Shown here piece by piece: positions 47,559-57,656 of a stretch of 61,815 nt of DNA. A program made the position numbers and the translations under genes. The stretch spans positions 1-61,815 of the forward strand of contig JACDEV010000003.1 of the NCBI GenBank assembly GCA_013816135.1. The letters are read 5' to 3'. The stretch comes from Patescibacteria group bacterium. Its GTDB lineage: Bacteria > Patescibacteriota > Minisyncoccia > Phycocordibacterales > DATDWN01. The notes below the pieces were generated by a model. That model had not been told where the DNA came from and made no database searches. It saw only the letters and a program-made list of their open reading frames with translations. Each line of letters starts with the position of its first letter. The stretch's first letter is position 1.

Positions 47559-49316
47559 TTAATTTTTATTTTTTGTGAATATTTTCCATACATTGTTGGT
47601 TTCTATATACCACTTGGATATATTGCTAAATCTTTCCGATGGTGCGGTGATAGCTCCCAAAGTAACATTTTGCACTTTATCTGGAACAATATATATAAAA
47701 TATGGAGAATAGGTAAAGACAGCCGGAACATCATTGCTTATTTCCTTTTGGAAACTAACAAAATAGTTTTTTTGTTCAACAGGATCGATAGTCTTCCGGA
47801 GATTCTCCAAGATCTTATCAGTTTTTACATTAGCATATTGTGCTATGTTCAGACCAGGAGCTGTCCTCTGTGAAGAGTGCCAAAAAGGATAAAGATCTTG
47901 ATCGCGTCCAATAACTTCTCCAAAGAGAAGTGCATCATATTTTCTAGGTTTGATTATATTTTGATTCAAATCACTTATTTCAAATATTTTAACATCAACT
48001 TTTGCTCCAATAGCTGACCATTGTTTTTGTAATAGAAAAGCTGTGTCTTTCAATTCTTTTGCGTCACCAGTTGATATTGCAAAAGAAAGAGTCTGAGTTT
48101 CTTTTTTGTCTGTTTTCTCAAAAACACCCTGACTGTTCAATACCCAGCCATTATCAGTTAAAAGTTTTTTTGCCTTCTCTATTCTGGTAGCGATATCAGA
48201 AGTACTAGTCGCCGACTTTATTGTATATATTACAGGTACCGGACTGTTTATTGGTTGACCATAACCACCCAGGATTGAATTTACAATATCTTGGTTATCT
48301 GTAGCCAAACTCAATGCTGTCCTTACTTCTTTGTGGACCAATACTGGTGCCACGTTTTGATTGAAAAATACACCGAATATTCTAGGAAGGGGAGAAAGGA
48401 TTATTTTGTCAGTTTTTAATTTTAATTGTGATAACTGCTTTGGTGAAATTCCATGAACACTGTCCACACTTCCGTTTTTATATGCTTCAGATTCATCTTT
48501 CTCGTTACTGTATGATTTTATAACTAAAGTAGTGATGTATGGGCGACCTAGTGTATATTTGTTAAAAGAAGTTAGATGATATTCCGATGGCAGACCGCTT
48601 GATGAGTATGTGATTGAATCTACTTTGTATGGTCCTGCTCCTACTGGGTTTATATTGAATTGACTAAAGGGAAATTCCTCGACATTTGCGGTGTTCCATA
48701 TATGTTTAGGAAGGATTCCAAGAGTGGCGTTTTGTATAAATGGTGAATATGCTTGTTTGAGAGAAAAAGTAACTGTTCTGTCATCTATTTTTTCCACCTT
48801 AACACCACGCCAGTTTACTTCTCGTGGACTCTTTAGACTAGTATCCTCAGCTTTTTCTATGGTAAAAATCACATCATCTGCTGTAACTTTTTTTCCATCA
48901 TGGAAAACTGCATTGTTTTTTATTACAAAAGTATAAGTCAGCCCATCGTCCGAAATATTAAAGCTTTCTGCAAGGTCTGGCAATAGTTCACCATTTTCAC
49001 CTACCTTCAAAAGACCAGAGTATAGAAGGCTAGTTAGATCTCTATCAATATCACTAGAAGCTAAAATAGGGTTAACAAATCTTGGCGAACCTACTACTCC
49101 TTCAGTGATTTTTCCCCCATAATCTGGAACCTGAACTAAAAAAAGTTTATTTACTTGGTATAGCAAAGACAACCCGCTAACAATGAAGATTGCTGAGAAT
49201 ACTGCAAAGATAGCTTTTTCAGTCAGAGAAAAAGACCGGATGATTGCCATTATTTTTTCTGCGAAAGGCATATGCCATTCCTTTTTTGTAAGTGATTTAA
49301 GTGAATCTTTGTTCAT
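47559..49316 (-). CDS. ABC transporter substrate-binding protein, family 5 (peptide/nickel type)
   Basis: N-terminal TM anchor. Family-5 SBP-like length and motifs (LLYSGLLK, VKFHDGK-like AVFHDGKKVTADDV). Confidence 0.8.
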   Translation of the reverse strand: MNKDSLKSLTKKEWHMPFAEKIMAIIRSFSLTEKAIFAVFSAIFIVSGLSLLYQVNKLFLVQVPDYGGKITEGVVGSPRFVNPILASSDIDRDLTSLLYSGLLKVGENGELLPDLAESFNISDDGLTYTFVIKNNAVFHDGKKVTADDVIFTIEKAEDTSLKSPREVNWRGVKVEKIDDRTVTFSLKQAYSPFIQNATLGILPKHIWNTANVEEFPFSQFNINPVGAGPYKVDSITYSSSGLPSEYHLTSFNKYTLGRPYITTLVIKSYSNEKDESEAYKNGSVDSVHGISPKQLSQLKLKTDKIILSPLPRIFGVFFNQNVAPVLVHKEVRTALSLATDNQDIVNSILGGYGQPINSPVPVIYTIKSATSTSDIATRIEKAKKLLTDNGWVLNSQGVFEKTDKKETQTLSFAISTGDAKELKDTAFLLQKQWSAIGAKVDVKIFEISDLNQNIIKPRKYDALLFGEVIGRDQDLYPFWHSSQRTAPGLNIAQYANVKTDKILENLRKTIDPVEQKNYFVSFQKEISNDVPAVFTYSPYFIYIVPDKVQNVTLGAITAPSERFSNISKWYIETNNVWKIFTKNKN

Positions 49317-49331
49317 CGGGAAATATATATA

Positions 49332-49371
49332 CGAATATGCGAATGGAACGAATGATACGAATGTAGCGAAT
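49332..49371. repeat. five phased CGAAT repeats (8-9 bp period)
   Basis: CGAAT at 49332, 49340, 49349, 49358, 49367. Confidence 0.7.
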
Positions 49372-49392
49372 AATACAATCCAATAACTTTCT

Positions 49393-49432
49393 ATTCGTAG
49401 CTATTCGGAGATTCGAATAATTCGTATATTCG
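49393..49432. repeat. five phased ATTCG repeats (inverted orientation of the left array)
   Basis: ATTCG at 49393, 49403, 49411, 49420, 49428. Confidence 0.7.
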
Positions 49433-49441
49433 TATGTTTAT

Positions 49442-49723
49442 CTAGATAAGTAGAAGGCTGAAAGAAGTTGCAACAAAAAGAATAGCGATCACTATTGTTG
49501 AAATAAAAATCGTCTTTTCTGCTCCTCGTTTTGTGTGATGACCAGATGAGAAACCGTCTCCACCGCCAAATCCTGCACCTAAACCGGCGTCTGATTGCTG
49601 TAGGAGGATTCCTCCGATCATGAGGATGGCCAATACTATCTGAATAATGGGTATGATTTTCGTCATGCGCTCTAAAATACTTATGTGGTTCAGTATACCT
49701 GAATTTCCGAAATTGACAACCAA
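49442..49723 (-). CDS. secG: preprotein translocase subunit SecG
   Basis: Two TM helices. ILLQQSDAGLGAGFGGG is the SecG signature region. Confidence 0.8.
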   Translation of the reverse strand: MVVNFGNSGILNHISILERMTKIIPIIQIVLAILMIGGILLQQSDAGLGAGFGGGDGFSSGHHTKRGAEKTIFISTIVIAILFVATSFSLLLI

Positions 49724-49759
49724 TAATCACAATATGGCTAATAATAAAGAGATATATAA

Positions 49760-49788
49760 TTGACGAAAAAATACTCACTCACTATACT
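49760..49788 (+). promoter_or_regulatory. sigma70-like promoter of groES-groEL
   Basis: TTGACG (49760-65), 17-nt spacer, TATACT (49783-88). Confidence 0.55.
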
Positions 49789-49814
49789 AGGGCCAATAAG
49801 GAATATAAGGTAAT

Positions 49815-51840
<2,026 letters not shown>

Positions 51841-51878
51841 TTATGATATAATTCAGAAATTAAAATTAACAAAAAACT

Positions 51879-52268
51879 ATGACATCACCTGAGGGAGTAA
51901 CACAGCCAAATTTACCTTCTGAAATTCTTGTACCTGAACACTTAACAGAGGGGCAAAAAGCAAGACTATCAGAATTAAGAGAAAAATATGCAAAACCTAT
52001 GAATCCCAAGGGTGATAGGTTGTCAGAACCAGGTATAATAGACATTCCAAATATTCTCAGTCATATAGCAAATACTCATGCATCAAAAAAAGAAACGTAC
52101 GGATTTTATATAGTTTCTCATCTTAATGATGAAGGGAGTTTAGACTTGATTAAATTAAGAGAGGAACTTGATAAGGAGAGCTACTACATGACACCTATCG
52201 ATCAAATGGCTTGGGCTGAAGCAGCTACTGATGTTAAAAGAGATCTAGATAGGGTTTTAAATGAATAA
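51879..52268 (+). CDS. hypothetical protein
   Basis: ORF only. Confidence 0.4.
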   Translation: MTSPEGVTQPNLPSEILVPEHLTEGQKARLSELREKYAKPMNPKGDRLSEPGIIDIPNILSHIANTHASKKETYGFYIVSHLNDEGSLDLIKLREELDKESYYMTPIDQMAWAEAATDVKRDLDRVLNE

Positions 52269-52289
52269 GTTTATAATTAATTTAAAAAT

Positions 52290-52865
52290 ATGAATCAAAG
52301 CTTTTTTCAAAGAAATATGAAGTGGATCGTGGTCGTTGGTGTTATTTTGCTAGTTCTAGTGTGGGGAGTGTCAAAAAAGAATTCATTTGTAACTCAAAAC
52401 GAGCAGATAAATGTACAGTGGGCACAAGTTGAAAACCAATATCAAAGACGTTTTGATTTGATCCCTAATATAGTTGAGTCAGTAAAGGGTGTAGCAAAAC
52501 AAGAAACAGCTGTTTTCGGTGCAATAGCAGAAGCTAGAACAAGATACTCAGGTGCTGTAACTCCAGACCAGAAAGCTCAAGCTGCCTCACAAATGGAATC
52601 AGCTCTTGGTAGACTACTCGTTATTTCTGAAAACTATCCAGTACTACAATCTTCTCAAGCCTATAGAGACCTAATCACAGAGTTAGAGGGTACAGAAAAC
52701 CGAATCTCAGTTGAGAGAATGAAATACAACCAAGAAGTTAAGACTCTAAACACTAGTGTCAAAGTTTTCCCTTCATCACTTGTTGCTAGTTTGTTTGGTG
52801 TAAAAGAAAGAGCTTATTTTGAAGTTCCGAAGGAGGCACAAGTTGTTCCGTCTGTGAAGTTCTAA
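52290..52865 (+). CDS. lemA: LemA family protein
   Basis: N-terminal TM helix. VQWAQVENQYQRRFDLIPN and NYPVLQSSQAYRDL are typical LemA blocks. Confidence 0.85.
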   Translation: MNQSFFQRNMKWIVVVGVILLVLVWGVSKKNSFVTQNEQINVQWAQVENQYQRRFDLIPNIVESVKGVAKQETAVFGAIAEARTRYSGAVTPDQKAQAASQMESALGRLLVISENYPVLQSSQAYRDLITELEGTENRISVERMKYNQEVKTLNTSVKVFPSSLVASLFGVKERAYFEVPKEAQVVPSVKF

Positions 52866-52879
52866 AAATTGCTCTTCCT

Positions 52880-52966
52880 CATAATTTTTTGGAGTACGCA
52901 CTTTTCTTGCTAGAAAAGATGCTCGAATCCTCGCGCCGTCGCGCTCTGGGCCTCCAAAAAATTATG
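52880..52966. repeat. GC-rich 63-nt core repeat (copy Y) enclosed by a 15-bp flanking stem
   Basis: Core 52892-52954. CATAATTTTTTGGAG (52880-94) pairs with CTCCAAAAAATTATG (52952-66). Confidence 0.7.
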
Positions 52967-52971
52967 ACTCA

Positions 52972-53889
52972 ATGCAATTTTCCCTAAATACAATGCAAAA
53001 ACTACTAAAATATTTTGCAATTCTGTCATTTCTTCTACCCATTTCACTTTTTGCTTTTGTCGTACCTGCAAAACCAACTGGATTTGTTCAGGATTATGCA
53101 AATATACTTTCTCCAGAGCAGATAAATCAGCTCGAGACGAAACTTGAAGCTTACGAGAAAAATACTACAAATGAAATTGCTGTTGTGACGATTCAGTCCC
53201 TTGATGGTGATGCTATTGAAAATGTTGCACAGGATATTTTTACGAAGTGGGGAATCGGTAAAAAAGATAAGAATAACGGAGTTTTACTTCTAATTTCTCT
53301 TTCTGATAGAAAAACTAGGATCCAAACGGGTTACGGTGTTGAGGGACAGCTTACAGACATAGGAACATCCTATATTCAGAGAGAAATTATTACTCCAGCG
53401 TTTAGAAATGGTGATTATTATTCGGGTATAAATGGAGCGGTAGATAAGATGATAGAAGCTTTAGGTGGAAATCAAATAGTTCCATTAGATTACGCTGTTT
53501 CTCAAAGAACCTCCAGTTTTCCTTGGAATTTTATTTTAATTTTTATTATCTTTGGTGTTCAAATCCTTACTGCAGTGCTTGCTCCATCTAAGTCTTGGTG
53601 GGCTGGTGGAGTTATCGGTGGAGTTTTTGGAGGAATAATTTGGCTTACAAATATTGTTTCTGGAATATATGCAATATTTGCATTTATTGTTCTAGTCATT
53701 CTTGGATTGATTTTTGATTATTTTGTTTCTAAGGCTTACACACAAAAAAAGACAACAGGATCATTTCCTCCTTGGTTTTTCTGGGGAGGTGGAGGTGGAG
53801 GATTCGGCGGGGGTAGAAGTGGAGGAGGTGGTTTCGGAGGATTTGGTGGAGGTTCATCAGGTGGTGGCGGATCTTCGGGAGGGTGGTAA
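52972..53889 (+). CDS. TPM-domain (YgcG-like) membrane protein with a Gly-rich tail
   Basis: VQDYANILSPEQ ... EIAVVTIQSL ... NNGVLLLISLSDRKTRIQTGYGVEGQLTD. Follows lemA, the usual pairing. Confidence 0.8.
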   Translation: MQFSLNTMQKLLKYFAILSFLLPISLFAFVVPAKPTGFVQDYANILSPEQINQLETKLEAYEKNTTNEIAVVTIQSLDGDAIENVAQDIFTKWGIGKKDKNNGVLLLISLSDRKTRIQTGYGVEGQLTDIGTSYIQREIITPAFRNGDYYSGINGAVDKMIEALGGNQIVPLDYAVSQRTSSFPWNFILIFIIFGVQILTAVLAPSKSWWAGGVIGGVFGGIIWLTNIVSGIYAIFAFIVLVILGLIFDYFVSKAYTQKKTTGSFPPWFFWGGGGGGFGGGRSGGGGFGGFGGGSSGGGGSSGGW

Positions 53890-53911
53890 ATCCGCACACT
53901 AACTTTCATTT
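53890..53911. repeat. left arm of a 22-bp perfect inverted repeat flanking the GIY-YIG gene
   Basis: ATCCGCACACTAACTTTCATTT is the exact reverse complement of 54170-54191. Confidence 0.9.
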
Positions 53912-53915
53912 CGTT

Positions 53916-54182
53916 ATGTTTTATATGTATATATTAAAAAGTAAGAAAAATGGCGAACTATATGTTGGTTCTACCAATAATCTGCGAGCTAGATTTATAA
54001 AACATAACAAAGGAGAGGTGACTTCTACACAGAGCAAAAGACCTTACATCTTAGTTTATTACGAGGCATATACTGCAGAAGGAGATGCGCGTAGACGTGA
54101 AAAAATGATAAAGTTAAGAGGACAAGCAAGGAATCAATTAATACTAAGATTAAAAGATACACTAGCGCAAAATGAAAGTTAG
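53916..54182 (+). CDS. GIY-YIG nuclease family protein (stand-alone Uri-type domain)
   Basis: YMYILKSKKNGELYVGSTNNLRARFIKHN (GIY...YVG...R...H/N) and a later E. The stop codon lies inside the right inverted repeat. Confidence 0.75.
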   Translation: MFYMYILKSKKNGELYVGSTNNLRARFIKHNKGEVTSTQSKRPYILVYYEAYTAEGDARRREKMIKLRGQARNQLILRLKDTLAQNES

Positions 54183-54191
54183 TGTGCGGAT
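54170..54191. repeat. right arm of the 22-bp perfect inverted repeat
   Basis: AAATGAAAGTTAGTGTGCGGAT. Confidence 0.9.
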
Positions 54192-54202
54192 ATAATTAAA
54201 AT

Positions 54203-54706
54203 ATGAACAACATACCTGAAGTAAAAGATAAAGAATTGCATCGTATTGCCACAACAGTTCTAATTTATAAACCAGACTTTACATATCTCATTACTAGACG
54301 AGCACTTCATAAAAAAATGATGCCAGGTAAGTGGACTATTCCTGGTGGAGGTTTAAATATCGATGATTATATACATCTTCCTCCACATTCTGAAGGTGCA
54401 CCACAATGGTATGGAGCTTTGGAAAACAGTATGAGACGAGAGATAAAAGAAGAAGTAGATTTAGAAATTGGAAAATGTGAAATGCTAACTGACCTGACTT
54501 TTATTCGTCCAGATGGAATACCTGTGATTTGCTTCAGTTACTTTACGCCATTTATTTCAGGTGAAGTTAAGTTTGACCAAGATACTGAAGGAGATACTAT
54601 CGATGCAAAATGGGTGACCTTGGAAGAAGCTTCGAGGTATGATTTGATAGATGGGATTTGGGATGAGATAAAAGATGTGGAAAATATTTTAAAGTCACGG
54701 AAGTAA
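54203..54706 (+). CDS. NUDIX hydrolase
   Basis: GGGLNIDD ... MRREIKEEVDLEI Nudix box. Confidence 0.8.
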   Translation: MNNIPEVKDKELHRIATTVLIYKPDFTYLITRRALHKKMMPGKWTIPGGGLNIDDYIHLPPHSEGAPQWYGALENSMRREIKEEVDLEIGKCEMLTDLTFIRPDGIPVICFSYFTPFISGEVKFDQDTEGDTIDAKWVTLEEASRYDLIDGIWDEIKDVENILKSRK

Positions 54707-54722
54707 TTCTATAATTTTAATT

Positions 54723-54860
54723 GGAGAGTTCGCATAGCGGTCTGGTGTTGAAATGCGATGAGCATTTCAAAGACGGAGCATGGCGATGCGAGTCGGGGTC
54801 GAGGAAATTTTTTCCAAAAAATTATCCGTGACCGAGCTTGGAAAGCGGGTGCTATAATGG
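54723..54860 (+). pseudogene. disrupted copy of tRNA-Ser(GGA) carrying structured element copy C
   Basis: 54723-54747 matches the 5' 25 nt of the intact tRNA (1 mismatch). An 88-nt insert (54748-54835) carries GACGGAGC...GCGAGTCGG. Then comes the anticodon arm CGAGCTTGGAAAGCGGGT. No T arm or 3' acceptor strand. Confidence 0.6.
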
Positions 54861-54869
54861 TTTTTAATT

Positions 54870-54956
54870 GGAGAGTTCGCATAGCGGTCTAGTGCGCTCG
54901 CTTGGAAAGCGGGTAGGGAAGCAATTCCCTCAGGAGTTCGAATCTCCTACTCTCCG
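54870..54956 (+). tRNA. tRNA-Ser (GGA)
   Basis: Acceptor GGAGAGT/ACTCTCC, anticodon loop TTGGAAA, long variable arm, T arm AGGAG-TTCGAAT-CTCCT. TATAAT lies 11 nt upstream. No encoded CCA. Confidence 0.9.
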
Positions 54957-55127
54957 CAAACAAATTGTTTGCAATTTGTTCGTGAGAGTAAGTAAGGTCA
55001 TGTTATGACCTTACGTGGAGATTCGAAAGACGGAGCGGGTACTAGTCGAGCACGACTGGTCGCGAGTCCGGGTAGGGAAAATTTTCGAGCGACGGCCATA
55101 AAATTATTCCTGACCGAATTTCTCCGC
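54957..55127 (+). repeat. tRNA-linked GC-rich structured element, copy D
   Basis: A/T hairpin; GAGAGT; hairpin; GGAG+ATTCGAA (inverted T-loop of tRNA-Ser); GACGGAGCG; hairpin; CGCGAGTCCG; hairpin with CGAGCGACGGCC loop; CGAATTTCTCC GC. Confidence 0.6.
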
Positions 55128-55159
55128 TATAACTTTTAGTTGTGTTAAAATAAGAATAT

Positions 55160-55708
55160 ATGAAAAATTCACAAAAAGGTTTTACAAATATTATTTTGAT
55201 AGTAGTTATTGTCGCAATTGTAGCTGTTGGTGGATATTTTGTTTTATCTAAAAAATCTCATCAAATAAGCAACAATTTGGTTCCAACCACTGCAAATTTA
55301 CAAACATATAAAAATAATAATTATAATTTTGAATTAAAATATCCAAACAACTATTCCTTAATAGAAAACAAAACAGGAATTTTGATATCATCCTCACAAT
55401 CTTGTCAAAAAACTCTAGGTACAGGAGGAGGTCAATGGCCAAAGGACTGTTTTGTATACGAACTATTAATTCAGAAAAATAAAATAGAAGGAGGAAGTGC
55501 TCACACACCTTCAACGAAAGTGGCCGGTTATTCTTCAGAAAAGTTTGAGATAGACGGAGGTATGTATGATAATTTGAATCAAATTTATATTCAATTTGAA
55601 AAAGGTGGCATCTGGTATATAAGTTATGTCTCCTACCATTCAGAAAACAAAATTACGGCAGAAAATTTACTACATGAGATTCTATCTACTTTTATATTTA
55701 GTGAATAA
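55160..55708 (+). CDS. hypothetical secreted/anchored protein
   Basis: N-terminal TM helix. No motif recognised. Confidence 0.45.
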   Translation: MKNSQKGFTNIILIVVIVAIVAVGGYFVLSKKSHQISNNLVPTTANLQTYKNNNYNFELKYPNNYSLIENKTGILISSSQSCQKTLGTGGGQWPKDCFVYELLIQKNKIEGGSAHTPSTKVAGYSSEKFEIDGGMYDNLNQIYIQFEKGGIWYISYVSYHSENKITAENLLHEILSTFIFSE

Positions 55709-55819
55709 AAAGCTGAAGTTAACATAAAGGTTACAAATCCAGTAGTACATAAAGTAGAATGATATTTCAAGATATTTTTTAACCTTGATTAATTCATTGA
55801 AGAATAATGATAGTACTAT

Positions 55820-56812
55820 ATGAATAAAAAACTAGCCGTAGCCATAACAGCTCTTCTTGTGTTAGCTGTGATTTTTTATAAGCAATATAAACCTATTAAC
55901 CAGTCTAACCTTCTTAGTTCCGTAGAATACTCCCATATAAAAAATGAATTGTTAGATGTGGTAGTAATTAAAAATCCTACAGAAGCATTATCCTCGTTAA
56001 AGATAAAAATGGATAATCCTTTGGTATCATCCAGATGTCATTCACTGACACATGATATAGGGCACGTAGCGTATGAAAAATATAAAGATTTTGATATAGC
56101 AATGAAATATCAAGATGACATATGTGGTGGAGGATATCTACACGGAATTATTGAAAGAGTATTCAAGGATTCGTCCGATATAAACAAAGAAATGAATACA
56201 ATTTGTAAAAGGTATACTCGGGAGGATGATTTAGATAAATGTTATCACGGAGTTGGACATGGCTTCATGTATTATACAAATAATGACTTGCCAAAATCAT
56301 TGAGTATGTGCAGTGAATACAGAAGTAATCAAACAAAAATATCATGTTCGGAAGGAGTTTTTATGGAAAATTTTGGTACGGATACCGTAGACCATCCTTC
56401 AAATTTTCTTGATTCTAATAATCCAGCATATCCTTGTATTCAGCAAAACATTTTTTATAAAGGCAGTTGTTACTTTTATGCACCGATATATTATCTAAGT
56501 CTTCATGATGATAATTACCAAGCTGGATTTGCATGGTGCCAGACTCTAGAAAGTTCATTTAAAATGCGGTGTACGAGTGGAATGGGAAGTCGAGTAATGA
56601 AAAAATATATTACCCAAAAGGATATAGCTGAAAAGATTTGTTTACTTAAAAATAAATTTGAGACCAGTGCCTGCATTGATGGGCTTGTTAGTTATTATTT
56701 ACTTCAAAATAACTCTTTAAATTTAGCTCGTGAAATGTGTAATGATTTCAATGATGAAGATAAAGTTTCCTGCCTGAATTCAGTAACAAAACGAGAAAAT
56801 TTGTTTAATTAA
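55820..56812 (+). CDS. hypothetical Cys/His-rich exported protein
   Basis: N-terminal TM helix. Repeated C...H.(V|I)GH modules (CHSLTHDIGH, CYHGVGHG). Confidence 0.45.
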   Translation: MNKKLAVAITALLVLAVIFYKQYKPINQSNLLSSVEYSHIKNELLDVVVIKNPTEALSSLKIKMDNPLVSSRCHSLTHDIGHVAYEKYKDFDIAMKYQDDICGGGYLHGIIERVFKDSSDINKEMNTICKRYTREDDLDKCYHGVGHGFMYYTNNDLPKSLSMCSEYRSNQTKISCSEGVFMENFGTDTVDHPSNFLDSNNPAYPCIQQNIFYKGSCYFYAPIYYLSLHDDNYQAGFAWCQTLESSFKMRCTSGMGSRVMKKYITQKDIAEKICLLKNKFETSACIDGLVSYYLLQNNSLNLAREMCNDFNDEDKVSCLNSVTKRENLFN

Positions 56813-56839
56813 AAAAACCTCCAATTGGAGGTTTTTTTA
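56811..56839. terminator. bidirectional terminator between convergent genes
   Basis: AAAAAAACCTCC aatt GGAGGTTTTTTT. Confidence 0.75.
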
Positions 56840-56856
56840 TTATTTGCGTTTAATTT

Positions 56857-57558
56857 TTACTTAGAAAACCACTTTGTGAACCATCCAAATACGCTGAATG
56901 AATTTTCATGAGCTTCTGCAAAAACATCAATTTTTGTTTGTAAATCCTCAAGAGCTTTTATTTGAGCAGAAAGGTCCGCTTTGGTTGAGACACTTGAAGT
57001 TGCTACTAGAAGTTTTTTTAATTGATCAATATTGTGTTCAGTTGTAACCATTTCACTTCTCAACTCACCAAGACTGTGAAAATCGCTACCAAATAAGAAA
57101 GCACTGATTCCCTCCTTATTCTTTATTTTGATTATTGCCTTATCTGAAGTGCTGGCAGAGTTCTGTTGTGCCATTGCTACTACACGTACTTGCTGACCAA
57201 TACCTCCTTCACGGTTAGCAACTGCTAGAAGCACTTTGACGATTGCAGAAACTGCACTGTGGTGTGATTCTTCAGTAAGTTCTTCATTGTCATTTTCATC
57301 GGCATTATCGTTTTCAAGATCTTTTTTTGCACCTGTACTAGTTGCATTTCGGTGCATTTCAGTTTTTTCAGAATTAGAATCATTATCATCTGCTTCCTCG
57401 ACGTCTGTATGTAAGGTAGTGTCGTTACTTTTTGAGTTAAGTTCAACATCTACATTTGTATGTAGAGTTCCAGTGCTAACTTGTGCCGATACGACTGAGA
57501 ACATTCCAGTCGAGGCCAGTAGAGCAGTTAAGAGCACGGGTGTAATTTTTGATTTCAT
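56857..57558 (-). CDS. hypothetical secreted protein with an acidic region
   Basis: Signal peptide, D/E/N-rich central part, helical C-terminus. Confidence 0.45.
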   Translation of the reverse strand: MKSKITPVLLTALLASTGMFSVVSAQVSTGTLHTNVDVELNSKSNDTTLHTDVEEADDNDSNSEKTEMHRNATSTGAKKDLENDNADENDNEELTEESHHSAVSAIVKVLLAVANREGGIGQQVRVVAMAQQNSASTSDKAIIKIKNKEGISAFLFGSDFHSLGELRSEMVTTEHNIDQLKKLLVATSSVSTKADLSAQIKALEDLQTKIDVFAEAHENSFSVFGWFTKWFSK

Positions 57559-57656
57559 AAAAATTTTAGAATAAACACAATAATAATGTATAACTAATAT
57601 TAAGACGTAGGGACAAGATGTTTATTACATACTATGTTATATGCTAAAATATACCC

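Noticed and set aside
49320-49440. CRISPR array
   Set aside because: The CGAAT units are 5 nt with an 8-10 bp period, far too short for CRISPR repeats and spacers. No cas genes or 25-40 nt repeats occur anywhere in the window.
49401-49778. 125-aa minus-strand ORF
   Set aside because: It is an alternative frame overlapping secG. The SecG frame has the recognisable signature and the other frame does not.
49724-49814. CIRCE (HrcA) operator upstream of groES
   Set aside because: No TTAGCACTC-N9-GAGTGCTAA-like inverted repeat is present. Only a sigma70-like promoter is seen.
52910-53101. 63-aa minus-strand ORF
   Set aside because: It runs through repeat Y and the antisense of the TPM gene start. 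It is an artefact.
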